The notes: a model not told the origin generated them from the sequence alone. Shown: positions 1 through 12,756, numbered from the stretch's first letter. The stretch: 64,000 nucleotides of DNA from Leucoraja erinacea (GCF_028641065.1 NC_073386.1:21328001-21392000); one strand, 5' to 3'. Numbers and translations are program-made.

Positions 1-407
1 GACGATGTACTTTACTAACTTTTACTAACTCCCAAGTTAGTATCCCAATTGTATTAAACGTTATAGAACAATTTGGTGCCTTTTCAGGTTATATAATAAA
101 TTGGAATAAAAATGAAATTATGCCAATAAAAGCTCAAGATCCTTCTCAACTCCAAAAATTTCCTTTCAGAATTGTTACCGAAAAATTTAGATACCTCAGA
201 GTTTACGTGATTAAAAAATACACCTCCCTATTTAAAACAAATTTATCACCACTAATTACTAAACTAAATGCCCACATTCATTTCTGGAAAACACTCTCCA
301 TTTCCCTTATAGGTAGAGTAAATGCCATAAAGATGATCTTCCTTCCACAACTCCTATATTTATTTCAATCAATACCGGTATATCTCCCCAAAAGTTTTTT
401 TAAAAAA
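1..407 (+). mobile_element. L1/Tx1-clade LINE ORF2 reverse-transcriptase fragment
   Basis: Reads DDVL...FGAFSGYIINWNKNEIMP...FRYLRVY...WKTLSISLIGRVNAIKMIFLPQLLYLFQSIP, typical of the fish L1 RT and post-RT region; ends abruptly at ~407. Confidence 0.85.
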
Positions 408-760
408 CGGACTCACAGAGGGAGACGAGGCGGAGGGCGGCTGTGGCCGGACAGCGCTGACCCCGGGGGTGCTGTCCCGATGGATGCGCTCCTTCGGCCG
501 CTTACACCTTGCTCGGGTTCAAAGCAAAGATACTAGAGCATTTGGTTCAGAGCGCTCGGTCACCCTCCACAATTATTTACAGCGCAAAAATTGATCATTT
601 TGGCGGTTTTTAACAGGTAAGAAAGTACTCATTTCGTGTGTTCAGTGTATGCGGGAGGTTGCCATGTCCTCCAGACGGATTGAGCTACTCCGTGCGTCAC
701 GCCCTTTGACCCGATGACCTTACGTGCAACCACCCTATATGCATTTTTACTTGCATTCGG
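408..760. mobile_element. CpG-rich terminal fragment of an unclassified (probably DNA) transposon
   Basis: Abrupt GC/CpG-rich block interrupting the L1 fragment and ending GTGCAACCACCCTATA; no partner TIR seen. Confidence 0.3.
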
Positions 761-1113
761 CAACACATACTCAATTTTATTTTGAGAATGTTTTACCTTT
801 CACTTTCTCTTCCCATCAAATTGCAACAATGCATAACTTCTCTAAAGTTCGCACCACAAAATTAAGATGAGTGTGTGATCTTTTGATAATTTGAAAGGAA
901 GAAAATATTCAATGTAATCATTTCAAAAAGGTCCATAAACTGTCAATATAATCCAGCAGACTGGAATAAGGGGTAAAATAGCATTGCAATGCAGCTTTTC
1001 AGCCACAGGAGGCTGCTATAATTCTAAAGTTCAGCCTTATTTTTTAGTATAACCATAAAACTATATAAAGTGAGCAATGATATAAGCATGAAAGTTAATT
1101 TGCTTTAACTTAC

Positions 1114-1205
1114 TTTTTGTCAGAATAAAGTAGAGCATAAACTTCTCTGTGCATTCCCTCTGGTCTCTTAAAAGTGAGCGCTTCTGCTGATTTCTTTGAC
1201 TTTTT
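1114..1205 (-). CDS. DMAP1: DMAP1 coding exon 2 (92 nt)
   Basis: tttag|KKSKKSAEALTFKRPEGMHREVYALLYSDK+AA|gtaagt; near-identical to the human DMAP1 N-terminus and in phase with the 5313-5411 exon. Confidence 0.96.
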
Positions 1206-2475
1206 CTAAACATAAAGAGTTAGTGTTATCTGTTATCTTTAGCATTATGGAACGCAGTGATAGAAAAAAGTTGATGTATTTAAAAGTGTACAAAAGTGAG
1301 ATAATCACAAAGTATAAAATATAACTAGAGGAAGAAAATTGGTTCATTATATATACACCTACAAATTTTATTCAGTACGTTAGCATCTTTAGAGGGACTC
1401 AGAATATTGTGGCGAGAATGCTGGAAACACTCACCAAGCTAACTCTTTCCACAAATACTGCCTGACCTGCTGAGTATCTCTGCATTTCCAATACTTGCAG
1501 ATGTTTTGGTTTATCTTTCAACGTTCATTCTGGCTCGCAAAACTCTTTTTCTATCATCTCAATTAAAAAATATATATATTTAACTAAAACGTTAAAATAT
1601 TCTTGCAATTTTCATTTCTGCTGAAGTTGAAAAGTTACTTAATTTTAACTTAAGGAACACCTCAATTATCTTTGTGAAGGATCTGTGAATTTATATATTA
1701 ATTAGCCATACCTTTAATACTCACTCCATGGCAAATTAGCTGACCTGAGGCATAAAGGAATAATAACTGGCATAACAACCCCCAAATATGAGAGCGAATA
1801 AGTAATATTCATTAATATCTCTTGAACATGTGCATGAAATTAATAAATACAGGATTTGACATGACTGTGATATCACATGAGAGTTTGCAAATGAAAACAT
1901 TGTCTGAGCATCAGCACCCTGCAACAGAGCTTGATTCCAACTTGGTCTTGCCACTCAACACCTTGCCCTTGTGGGAGCTGCTGTGCAAAACCACCACACA
2001 TTAAAATAATCTAAGCTGTAACCTTAAGACACAATATAAATTTGCCTCATAGAATGTTAGGGATATCATAAACAATGCCAACAGTTATAGATTTGAAAAC
2101 TGCCCTGCAATCATAGCTTAAGATGCTTTGACACTGACATCACTACTCTTGAGTGAGAAATGAGAGGCAGGAGATGCCAAATGGAGGTGGATACACCTTC
2201 TGAACAAGACAATTTGAAGTGCAATACCATCTAAACAATATAACCTCACCATCTTAATGAGCTAACTGGAGCATCATCTCAATAGCTTCCCTTGCAGAAA
2301 TATCAGATACATTCAGCTCAGCCTAATATTGAAGGATCACACTTTGGTCATCAGTGCATCTGTGCCAATCCAAGAAGCCTTAGATAAGCCCAAGGAGGAC
2401 TTCTACATTCAGCTTAGAAAAATAAAATCTGATCCTCATCCTAAAGGGAGACAATCTGATCCTCTGGAGCAACAG

Positions 2476-3150
2476 TCTGTCGATCCCTTCCTTTTTTATT
2501 GTTGCGTTAGTATGTGTTTAATGTATGTTTTAGTGTTCTTTAGCTTGTTTAATGTGGGGGTTGGGGGAAACTTTTTAAAATCTCTTACGTCTACGGAGAT
2601 GCGATTTTTTTCTGTATCATATCTCCGTCCGCACTGCGGCCTAACATCGTGGAGCTGGCGGCCTCTTGCTGGAGACTGACTTCGGGAGCTGCAACCGCGG
2701 GAGCCTGCAGACTTACCATCGCGGAGCTTGTGATCCCTGTCGGGGATCGACCTCGGAGCTCCAACTGCGGGAGCCTGCGGACTTTAACATCATGGAGCTC
2801 GCGATCCCTGGTTAGAGACCGACTTCGGAAGCTCCAAGCCGCAGGAGCTTCGACCGCGCCGATCGCGGGAGCTTCGATCGCGCCGACATGGGAGTTTCGC
2901 CCGCCGGCTGCGGGAGCTTCAATCTCCCTGATGTTTCGACTGCCCCGACCGCGGGAGAATAAAGAGGAAGAAGATTGGACTTTATTGCCTTCCATCACAG
3001 TGAGGGATGTGGGTAATCTGCTGTGGTGGATGTTTATGTTTACTTATGTAGTTGTGTGTCTTGTTGCTTTTTTTTTAGTATGGCTGTATGGTAATTCGAG
3101 TTTCACTGTACCTTAATTGGTAAACGACAATAAACTGACCTTTGAACTTC
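2476..3150 (+). mobile_element. GC-rich non-autonomous retroelement (hairpin family), copy 1
   Basis: Similar to the copies at 26678, 45205, 52473 and 59433; 3' hairpin at 2991-3030 and a GACAATAAA tail. Confidence 0.7.
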
Positions 3151-4431
3151 AATAGGAGGACGGGAAGAAATGCAACTCTCCAGCAAGAAGGGGCCAATTC
3201 CAGCCAAATGGTCCGTGCCATGGCTTTACTCCCATTTCTTCAAATGGATAAGCACAAAACCACAAGGCAACAACCCCAGTTCAAATTCTGGCCCCCGTTA
3301 CATTTTGTCAGTGTCCAAGTGAAGGCTCGTGAAGATGTCCGCACTATATGTACCAATGATTATGAACTGACTGCAGCCTAATATTCCCTAATATCTCCAT
3401 CAATAATACTCCAAAACATCTATGTCAAAGAAAGTATTCCCCAAAAGGGTTAATACAAAGCTCAAAGATAAACGCACAATATCAATCCCACAATAGCATA
3501 TTCTTTACAGCCTAGAAGCTAGAGTGCCCACAGGTTATATGCTGCCTTGAAGTCGATCATATAAAGAGACACTTGGTTGATCTAGTTTGATAACAATAGG
3601 AAGAGGAAATCAAGTGAGCTCACCACAAACATAAGAGCAAATTAATCCTAAGCATATGCATTCCCAGACTGGAAGTTCCACTTATACTCAAGGGAAAAAT
3701 CTCTACAGGCACCCAAAACTGGTGGCTTGGCAAAAAAAAACATGATTTTTTTTAAAAACAGACGATGAATAGAGAAAGCACAAGAAGCTTGGCAATTCAA
3801 TGACAGCCAATTGTACCGATTCTTCAGTCCAATCAAAACCATCTGCAGCAAAACACCTATAGCAAAACCCTGAGAAACATGGACCACTTTTCATATCTCA
3901 GGATATGAAATTTACCACACTGAGAGCCATGATGAGGACAATTTTCTCAGAGATTGAGAAACAGTCTGAATCCCTGCTGAAGTTCTAAAGCTTGGAGGTA
4001 AATAGTCACAAATTCACAATCTTACTATCCACATCTCGAAGATGCCATAATTAGGATCAACTTCAAGACCAACCGTTTTGTCCTATTGGCTGAAAATCAG
4101 TGGGGGTACTGTTCTTCTTGAGCAGTGCACATGAACTTCATTGCATGATATCTCCAAGGAAAATTCACTAACCGTGTCATCCAGTGCTCATTCCCAAAAC
4201 TCATTAACGCCTCTGACTATCTATTGAAAGGAGAGTTGTGCAATCTCCAGCAGAAATTATTTTCCACTTCACGCTTGCTCCTTGCTGCCATTTTACTGCA
4301 AGCCACAATCATGATGAAAAAGTCTTTATCAGAGCTAATATCAGTGAAGACCAGAGTCAAACAAGACTGCATCATTGGCCCTACACTTTCTCTTCATTCG
4401 TTTTCATTGCAAAGTTGTCCCTCACCTCCAA

Positions 4432-4935
4432 TAAATAGACAATACACAATAGGTGCAGGAGTAGGCCATTCGGCCCTTTGAGCCAGCATCACCATCCCCC
4501 AATCAGTACCCCGTTCCTGCCTTCTCCCCATATCTCTTGAAAGTATCCAGAGAACCGGCCTCCACCACCCTCTGAGGTAGAGAATTCCACAGAATCGCAA
4601 CTCTCTGTGAGAAAAAGTGTTTCCTCGTCTCCGTTCTAAATGGCATACCCCTTAGTTCTTAAACTGTGGCCCCTGGTTCTGGACTCCTCCAACATCAGGA
4701 ACATGTCTCCTGCCTCCAACTTGTCCAAACCCTTGATAATCTTACACGTTTCAATTATACCCTCTCATCCTTCCAAACTCCAGAGTATACAAGCCCAGCC
4801 ACTCCATTCTCTCAGCATTTGACAGTCCTGCCATCCCATACTTCCCATTTTCCCAACTTGCCACCATTTAGATAGTAATCTGCCTTCCTGTTTTTGCTAC
4901 CAAAGCGGATAACCTCACATTTATCCTGTGATTAC
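4432..4935 (-). mobile_element. CR1 LINE 3' fragment
   Basis: Reverse complement of the CR1 3' UTR and ORF2 end also seen at 32400-32750 (GAATGGCCTACTCCTGCACCTA). Confidence 0.85.
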
Positions 4936-5312
4936 CACAAAAATTACCACACATAAACTTCTCTGTGGTAGTGCAGTGATCTGCAGAACTGATGGGAAAC
5001 GCTTTAACCTACAGCAACCACACTCCAGAAAATTATAGGGACAGTTCCAATTGTAAGGGAGATGGAAATGCAAAAGTGCAGGTTTATTTACCAAACCAAT
5101 TATTTGATTCAAGCTGACAGGGATTTTGATCTTTAAAGTTAGCATTTTCTTGTTAGTTTTTTCTCCTTTTCACATTTTGTCGTTTGGCTCCTTGTTATTT
5201 ATACAAAGATATATGAATCAATAGTCAGTCAACGGTCAATCAGCAGTTGATAATATGGAGAATAAACATCAGTCAAGTATAAATATTAAAGTTTAAACAA
5301 AGCTAATTGTAC

Positions 5313-5411
5313 CTTATCTGAGTTAATAATATCCTTTTTACTGATGGGCGTGTTTTCAGAATCACCACCTCCCAGCTCCAGGATATCACGAACATCTGCC
5401 CCGGTAGACAT
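5313..5411 (-). CDS. DMAP1: DMAP1 first coding exon (exon 5313-5421, ATG at 5411)
   Basis: ctacag|GTACACAAAA ATG: MSTGADVRDILELGGGDSENTPISKKDIINSDK|gtacaa, matching human MATGADVRDILELGG...ISKKDIINPDK. Confidence 0.96.
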
Positions 5412-6236
5412 TTTTGTGTACCTGTAGAAATTCCAAGAGTAAATTTACGAACAACACTAACAAGTACAACCATTAGTAATTACAATTATAATTTTGTCAC
5501 TTGAACATGAGATCTAAATTTTATAACTGACAAACATTTGATTTTCGCAACTCTAAATCAAACCCAAAAATACCCTTTAATAAAATCTGACAATGTGCAC
5601 TTTAACCACATGTGATTTTTTTTCTATTACAAATCTCAAATTGTGTAGTACAGAGGCAAATAGATAAATGGTGGGTCTTTGTCCCAAACATTATGGAGGG
5701 CACTGTATGTTTCATGACTCTTGCCTGCTATGCATCACCACTGTGGAATCTCTTTTATGAATCCTCTACCTATTCATCACTGACCCATGCATGACCCACA
5801 CAAACTTCATTCTGACTTTCCTCATCCAGCACAGCCCTCTGCTCCTTTGATTTTCACATGCATTTTAGTGGAAGCCAAATTGCATGCATTTTAGTGGAAG
5901 CCAAATCGGTTAACTTTTCACCTCCACTACTCGTGGTTGCAAGTATTTCATTCTCACAACATTTGGAAAAATTCCTGGTAATTGTCTTACATTGATTGGG
6001 AATAAGAGCTCCAAAAGGTTGAGTGTAGGGACCAGATGCAGTCTGCAGCACTGAACCAATTAACAACAAATCTGTTGACTCTGTATACTTTCACAGCGTA
6101 CTACTGCTGTACACTTGGACTGTATCCGAGATGCTCATCTAAGATGCATCTTAATGTGCATATATAGTGATACCTGCAGTGAACTGGAAATAAAAATGAA
6201 TTTTACTATACCTCAGTGCATGTGACAAATAAAGTA

Positions 6237-7950
6237 CAGGTGCACAACCTTTTATCCGAAGATCCAAATAACGAAAACCTCCGAATAGCGGACATTTTTT
6301 CAGTCCTTGAAGAAAGGTCCTTGAAAACGTTCACCGAGGGCGGCCCGCAGAGGTGACAGCGGAACCTCCGGTCGGTCCTCGAAAAAAGGGGAACTAAATC
6401 CCCATTCATAAAAGAGAAGGTGAGGGTATATTGCGCGGGAGGGTTAATAATTGACAATATGCTGCTGTCTGCCCGCTGAGTTAAAAAGTTCCCACGGTAG
6501 ACTGACGATACACAGTGTATCGTGAGTCTTGCGTGGAAACTTTTTAACTCAGCGGGCAGGGAGCAGCAGATTGTTGCTCCCTTCAGTTTCACCCCACCTA
6601 CACCCCTCTGCTTCCCGGCCATGTGTGTGACCCCTTCCCTCCCCTCTCCAGCTCCCCGCCCATTGCACCGGCGTGGGGGCTTTGCACTGTCATACAATGC
6701 CAGTCACCGGAGACGTCAGGACCAACGGGACACCGACCCCCAGGCCCACTGCAAGCACGGAGATCCCAGAGACCCACAGCCAGCAGCAGCCCAGCCCCGT
6801 TCCAACTGCAGAGGAAAACTGCAAACTAGCGGGAGACATCAGGACCACCAGAAGCCGCTCCCTGATGGGCCGCTTTGGCAACAAGTGGCAGTTCGCCCAC
6901 AGCCCGAGCTGTGCCCCCTCATCGGGACACCGACCCCCAGGCCCACTGCAAGCACGGAGATCCCAGATCAGCAACCCCAGCCCAGCCCCGCTCCAACTCC
7001 AGAGGAACACGCTCCCCGTAGGGGCAGAAGCTGATGGTGTGCAAGGTAAGGTACGTCTTGGTCTTGGGGTCGCGCAGCTCGGGCTATGGGCGAACTGCAT
7101 CTTGTCGCCGTAGCGGCCCATCGGGGAGCGGATTCCTCTGGAGTTGGAGGGGGAGAGGGGTATTGTGCTGTTTGATCGCCCCCTGCTATTCTAGGGACAG
7201 GGAGACAGGACGTTCACCGAGGGAGGCCCGCAGAGGTGACAGCGGAACCTCCGGTCGGTCCTCGACGAAGGGGGAACTAAATCCCCATTCATAAAAGAGA
7301 AGGTGAGGGTACATTGCACGGGAGAGTAGGAATCCCAAGACAAAGTTGAGTGAGCGTTCACTGAGGGTGGCCCGCAGAGGTGACAGCGGAACCTGGAAGA
7401 AAGGGGAACTAAATCCCCTTCATAAAAGAGAAGTGGAGGGTATATTGCCCGGGAGGGTATATCGCCTACCTGGAATAAACCGGACATTTTTTCCAGGATG
7501 TCGTCTGCACACCAAAGCTCACGTTTGGCGCCAAACGCACGTCGCCTCTGCTGCATACGGATATAAGAGTGTGAAAATGTCGCCTTAGGCCGCCTAAGGG
7601 CATGTAGCCCCGCTAGGGTGACATGAGTGCGAGAGGTGATTCAATGCTGCGGTCACATTTACAAATTCAGGAATTCATTCAACACACTGCATTTCATACA
7701 GACATTTATTCTGCAAGAAAAAACTACATTGAAGACTCAAACTCGTGACCGAGGAACTGGCGGGATCAAGGCGCAAACTCGCGACCGAGGAACTACCAAA
7801 CTCGCGACCTTGCGGATATGAGCCGAGCACTCTACCACTGAGCCAGCCATTAAAATCTACGCCAAAAAATTTCCATTCCGAAGACCGACAAATTCCGAAT
7901 TACGAAAAGTGTCTGGTCCCAAGGCTGTCGGATAAAAGGTAGTGCACCTG
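6237..7950. mobile_element. Non-autonomous Tc1/mariner-pogo-type element (MITE), 1.7 kb
   Basis: TIRs CAGGTGCACAACCTTTTATCCGA / TCGGATAAAAGGTAGTGCACCTG, TA on both sides (6235-6236, 7951-7952), internal direct and inverted repeats, no transposase. Confidence 0.85.
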
Positions 7951-8027
7951 TACCATTGAACCAATGAGACTGCATTATGCCTGTAGTGAAAACAATAACT
8001 TTGCAGCCTGTGAGCTCGATAACAGAA

Positions 8028-8370
8028 ACATAGTCATACTGTGCAGGAAAAGCCACAGTCAGCCATGTAACACAGAAACATGCCATTGGCCCAACTTATA
8101 CATGCCGATCAAAATGTCCACCTGTATTAGTCACATTTACCTGTATTTGACCCATCTCCCTCTAGCCTTTCCTATCCATGTACTTGTCCAGTTCTTTTTA
8201 ATGTGGTTGTTATACTTTCTCTGGCAGCTCATTCTGTATACATACCACCCTCTCTGTGAATAGTTTTGTGCACGTTGCTATTAGATCTATCCCTTCTCAC
8301 CTTAAACCTATGTCCTTCAAGTTCCTCAACCTTGGGAAAAAAGTCTGTATGTATTCATTCTATCTATACC
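8028..8370 (-). mobile_element. Old CR1/SINE 3' fragment
   Basis: CATAG...GGCCCAAC...CATGCCGA...CCTATCCATGTAC...CCCTTCTCACCTTAAACC, a CR1-type 3' end. Confidence 0.6.
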
Positions 8371-8557
8371 CTTTGGCCTATGACAACACTGTAAGTTTCT
8401 CAAAAGAACAATTCATTTAATCTCATTTCCCTGTTCTCTATGTTGGTAAAATGCATTTTTTCAACATTGCTATCTAATTTCCCCAGTGCCAGTTTCTAAT
8501 GAATTTGTTTTTAACACGCTCACATGCAGTACATTTTGATCACGACAACTGATTGTG

Positions 8558-8769
8558 TAAGGTACACAAAAATGCTGGAGAAACTCAGCGGGTGCAGCAG
8601 CATCTATGGAGCGAAGGAAATGGGCAACGTTTCGGGCCAAAACCCTTCTTCAGACGTTGCCCGAAATGTTGCCTATTTCCTTCACTCCTTAGATCCTGCT
8701 GCACCCGCTGAGTTTCTCCAGCTTTTTTGTGTATCTTCGATTTTCCAGCATCTGCAGTTCCTTCTTAAA
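8558..8769. mobile_element. Palindromic mini Penelope-like element (inverted pLTR pair) with 11-bp TSD
   Basis: Arms ~8559-8636 and ~8659-8738 are reverse complements; flanked by AACTGATTGTG at 8547-8557 and 8770-8780. Confidence 0.85.
8624..8654 (-). ncRNA. Minimal hammerhead ribozyme motif in Penelope pLTR
   Basis: Minus strand reads CUGAAGA-A-GGGU(UUUG)GCCC-GAAAC-GUU. Confidence 0.55.
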
Positions 8770-9769
8770 AACTGATTGTGCAATGCCAATTCAATGTATC
8801 CTCCTCCTGAGGATCTTTGCTAATCACCCAAAATTGATGATTTCTGGTTATTGATACACCATTCAACATACTTTATCAAAACCTTCAATAACATGGAGAG
8901 ATATTAAAACTCCCATATTCCTCTTTGCTCTAAAGAAACCTATGTTTCATAATATCAGTAACCTCAATGTGATTTAGCACCATGCAGTACTTTTGAAATG
9001 TAGTTATCGTTCTAATGTAGGAAAAAAACAGCCAATTTGTATTCAGCAAAATACTGGCGACAAAATACCAAATAATCCCCCTGCAAAATGATTTCTTCTT
9101 TCTGGGATTTGCTTTAATATCATATGAAAAGATGGTACCTCCAATATTATAGTACTCCCTCAATACTACACTGAAGAGTTGGGTGGTCATGTGAGGACAT
9201 AGATTTATTTGTATGGCCCAGCGAGGAAAACGTCCAGACATAACCACCTCGTAGCTAACAAAAGTCACTTATCCTTAACCTAATTCTAACAAATGTCTTC
9301 TGTCCTTTCAGTAATAATTAAAGCTTAGTGCCACCATTGGACAAAATACAACAGAAACGATCCAAACACCATTTTTTCAAATAAAGGTTCTTTACTATTT
9401 TCTTGCTTTCATAATCTATGCCTTTTGCAGCGCTCATGATTTTCTTTGATCTTTTAATAACTTTATCAACTGAACTCCCATTTTCAATCACCTGTGTACA
9501 CACAGCTTAGGGATCTTGTATACCCCTTTATTATTTTCTCCACTTGGTTTATTTATCTTTCTTCATTCTTTGTTCCAATTATTTCATGTCGCATTTCAGT
9601 GCAGTATATTTGCTCTGCCTTGTGACCACTCATTTCAAAATGTCTATATTCTTCCATGGTTATAAAGGGCCACTTTAAATTTAGAAAGAGGTTCAAAGAA
9701 GATTAACAATTGCTAAGTATTAGGTAGTACAATTAGCAAACGTGAGCATTTTTTAAAATATAAGTTTTA

Positions 9770-10600
9770 TCTTTTCATTCTCAGCCCCATTCTCCCTGGG
9801 GATATGATATTGGGCCATCTCCTTGAACTGTTGCAATCCTTCTAATATTTGATGTTTCTTCAATATTGTTAGGTACAAATTTTCTGGATATTATAAGTAC
9901 ATTTGTACTAAAGGGATAGGGAAAGAAGGGGTGGGACAACCAAGAGATTAAGGATACAGGCTTATAGAGTTTATTGAAGAATTGACATATTTCTAAGTAA
10001 TTTGCTTCAGATTTCACAGTTCGTAGATTTTGGGATTGCAGAACCATTAGAAGGAGTTATTATTAGTAAACCACAAAGGTATTCCATTTCCTATTTTTAA
10101 AACTAGATTTGTGTAAAGCTTAGTTTAATTAGAAGTCTTCCATGTGGAACTAAGCTTTCAAGTGCCAGCTACTTAATCTATATCGTCTTCAAAAGAAGTC
10201 AAGGTGGGTTTTTTTGTTAGAAAGGATCCCTTCCTTTCATATCCATGGTACATAGTTCTTATTAAATTAATGTTACACAGATGTTCAGGATAATTCATTT
10301 TTGATGGAATATTATGCAAAACCTTGGAAGGTGTACACTACCAATTTTATCTCCATTACTTATTAAGTCTTAGCAGTTTACACAACTTTCCCATTTAAAA
10401 TTAAATCTTATTTCCATTCTTAGTTTCCATTTATACAATAAACCACTTTAAAAGCCATTCACTTATATCCAAAAATAAGTTAAGTACTCAATTCCAATCG
10501 TAACTGATTGTTGAAAATATAGTAACTGGAGCTCAAATCTCTTATCATTGAAGCGTAACTTCTTCATTCTTGTAAACTCTTGTAAGAATACATCAAAAAT
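9770..10600 (-). mobile_element. Degenerate L1-like ORF2 fragment
   Basis: AT-rich decayed reading frames with LINE-like composition; boundaries uncertain. Confidence 0.35.
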
Positions 10601-10639
10601 GCAGATATACAGTAACAGGGACAGTTACTGGTCCTTTTA

Positions 10640-11626
10640 CAGTAAACCCTCATTATAACAGACCATAACGGAGGTATTTGTTATTGTCGATGACTGCAGA
10701 TGATGTTTAATTGTCAAAAGGATACAATGCTGGAGTAATTCAGTGGGTCAGGATCTCTAGAGAACATGGATAGATGACATTGGGACCCTTCTTTGGACTA
10801 ATTCAGTTGGCTGAGTTACTTCAACACTTTATGTGGTTTCACTTTAAAACTAGGCGCCAATACCACTGGTCTGCACGTGAGCCCTTCTTCACCAGTTCAC
10901 ACAGCAGTTGTGGTGGCTCACATTGTAGCCCCCGCCCCACAGGGCACTCTTTCTTCAGGCCACTACCAACAACAGGACGTGCTCGGTCACCAGGGCGCTT
11001 CCTCCCCTCTCACCAGTGAGCCCTTATTCACCGGTTCATGTGGCTGTTGTTGCAGCTCACATTGTAGCCCAACAGGACGCGTTTCCTTCAGGCCACTGCT
11101 ACCGACAGGACATGCTCGGTCACCGTGGGGCTCCCTCCCCTCTCACCCGTCACTTTGTCCTCTCTCCCTCCTTCTCCCCCGCAGTCGCCAACTTCTTCCA
11201 AGGTGGAGCATGTCGGCGACTCCGGGTGAGGAGGTGGTAGTGGAAGGAGGAAGAGACTGGCTGGGCACAGTGATGTGAGGAGAATGGGGAGGTGGTAGAG
11301 GGGATGAAAGGCCGATTGGACAAAGCACTGGCCAACAGAATGAAGGGGCAGCTGGTGAGAGGGGAGAGAGCTCCACAGTGACTGAGCACGTCCTGTCGTT
11401 GGCAGCGGAAGAAAGCTCTGTACCGTCCCAGAGACTACAACATGAGCCGCAACAACTAGACCGTGCTGTGAATGAAGAAGCTCTCGCTGATGCACCTTGC
11501 ATGCTGCGGGTTGTGTCGGAGGTTGGCGCTAGGGGGGGGGCAGTGCGAGACAGGGATGGGTCGGCAGATCTGTCCGCTATAACCAAAATCCGTTACAAAG
11601 GAGTCTGTTAAAATGAGGGTTTACAG
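10640..11626. mobile_element. Tigger/pogo-like MITE with internal direct and inverted repeats
   Basis: TIRs CAGTAAACCCTCATT / AATGAGGGTTTACAG, TA flanks (10638-10639, 11627-11628); ~140-bp unit duplicated at 10878-11150 and inverted at ~11350-11480; nested pLTR remnant at 10718-10835. Confidence 0.75.
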
Positions 11627-11889
11627 TATTTCAATTAGTTTCATATCGGGAACAAAAATTGTATCATGTTATCTTAATTGATATATTGTCTAAAAGATAA
11701 ACGTAATTATACCTCAGAATGTGTTAAATTATTTTATTGCTTTTTATATTGCTTCCCCACTCACCCCCTACACTACCACCACCCTCTCCCCATAACAATC
11801 AGAAATTGTCAGTCAATCGACACACAAGTAAGTGCCCACAAAAGAACATGACTTGGGTTGGATTTTTCTGGTCCTTACCTTTAGCATTT

Positions 11890-12100
11890 CCCACAGACTC
11901 CTCTGTCAAGCTTCTCAAAAGTTTGCAGACAACACAACCCTGATTGGGCTGATGCAGGATAGGGAGGAATTTGCCTACAGACAGGAAGTGACACAGCTGG
12001 CATCCTGGTGCCATCGCAACAACCTGGAGCTCAATGCTCTTAAGACGGTGGAATTTATTGTATACTTTAGGAGAGCTCCCCCTCCCCATCACCGCATTCA
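11890..12100 (+). mobile_element. Rex1/Babar LINE RT fragment
   Basis: TDSSVKLL / FADNTTLIGLMQDREEFAYRQEVTQLASWCHRNNLELNALKTVE. Confidence 0.8.
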
Positions 12101-12520
12101 CATCTGTGGAGTCATTACTTGTGGCTTCACTGACACCCTATCCAGCTGTAACATAACATCCCAACTTCTATGCTCAATACTCTGACTAGCGAAGGCCAAT
12201 GTGCAAAAATGTATTTGATCGCCCTTATGTACCTGTGACACCACTTTCATGGAACTATGTACTTGCACTCCTAAGTCTCTCTGCCCCACAACACTCCCCA
12301 CAGCCCTGGCATTTACTGGGAAGGACCTGCCCTGGTTTAACTTTGCAAAATACAACTCATATTTATATGCATTGAACATTTATCATTCCTCCACCCACTT
12401 GCCCAACTGATGAAGATCCAGCTGTAATCTTTGATAACATCTTCACTATCTACAATACCACTCACTTTAGTGTCATCTGCAAATTTACTAATCCTACCTT
12501 GTATGTTCTCATCCAAAACA
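12101..12520 (-). mobile_element. CR1 LINE RT fragment
   Basis: ISKFADDTKVSGIVDSED...QRDLGVQVHSSMKV. Confidence 0.8.
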
Positions 12521-12756
12521 TTAATAAAAATGTAAACCAACCCAGATATTAAATGATGACAAAAGGAAATGTAAATACGTGTTTACAAACTGCTGGGGTA
12601 ACTCAACGGGACAGGATTGGCGACGTTTCTGGGATGAGAAGTTTAAAAAGTGACCAAGTGGCGAATTGCAACCACGTGAAACTAATTTATTTGTTATAAT
12701 TAAGTCTCCAAATGTCACACCTTGGTTTTGCCTGACTTATGTCTATATGCTTCAAT

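Larger units (their letters stand above)
2040..5020 (+). mobile_element. Degenerate RTE-clade LINE (endonuclease to RT), interrupted by younger insertions
   Basis: Decayed FASWNV...ELRRFDTDI..LSE-like endonuclease start at ~2040 and VKTRVKQDCIIGPTL RT remnant at ~4345; interrupted at 2476-3150 and 4432-4935. Confidence 0.55.

Noticed and set aside
5857-5908. Short direct repeat CATGCATTTTAGTGGAAGCCAAAT x2 (similar small duplications at 10-30, 44489-44537 and 55338-55380)
   Set aside because: Simple slippage or repair duplications with no further structure.
6206-7588. Cluster of overlapping 80-170-aa ORFs
   Set aside because: They lie within a GC-rich MITE with internal repeats; stop-codon scarcity explains them, and there are no transposase motifs.
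7797-7848. Functional tRNA-Met gene
   Set aside because: No acceptor stem, degenerate T-loop (GTTTG) and located inside a MITE; reported only as a tRNA-derived module.
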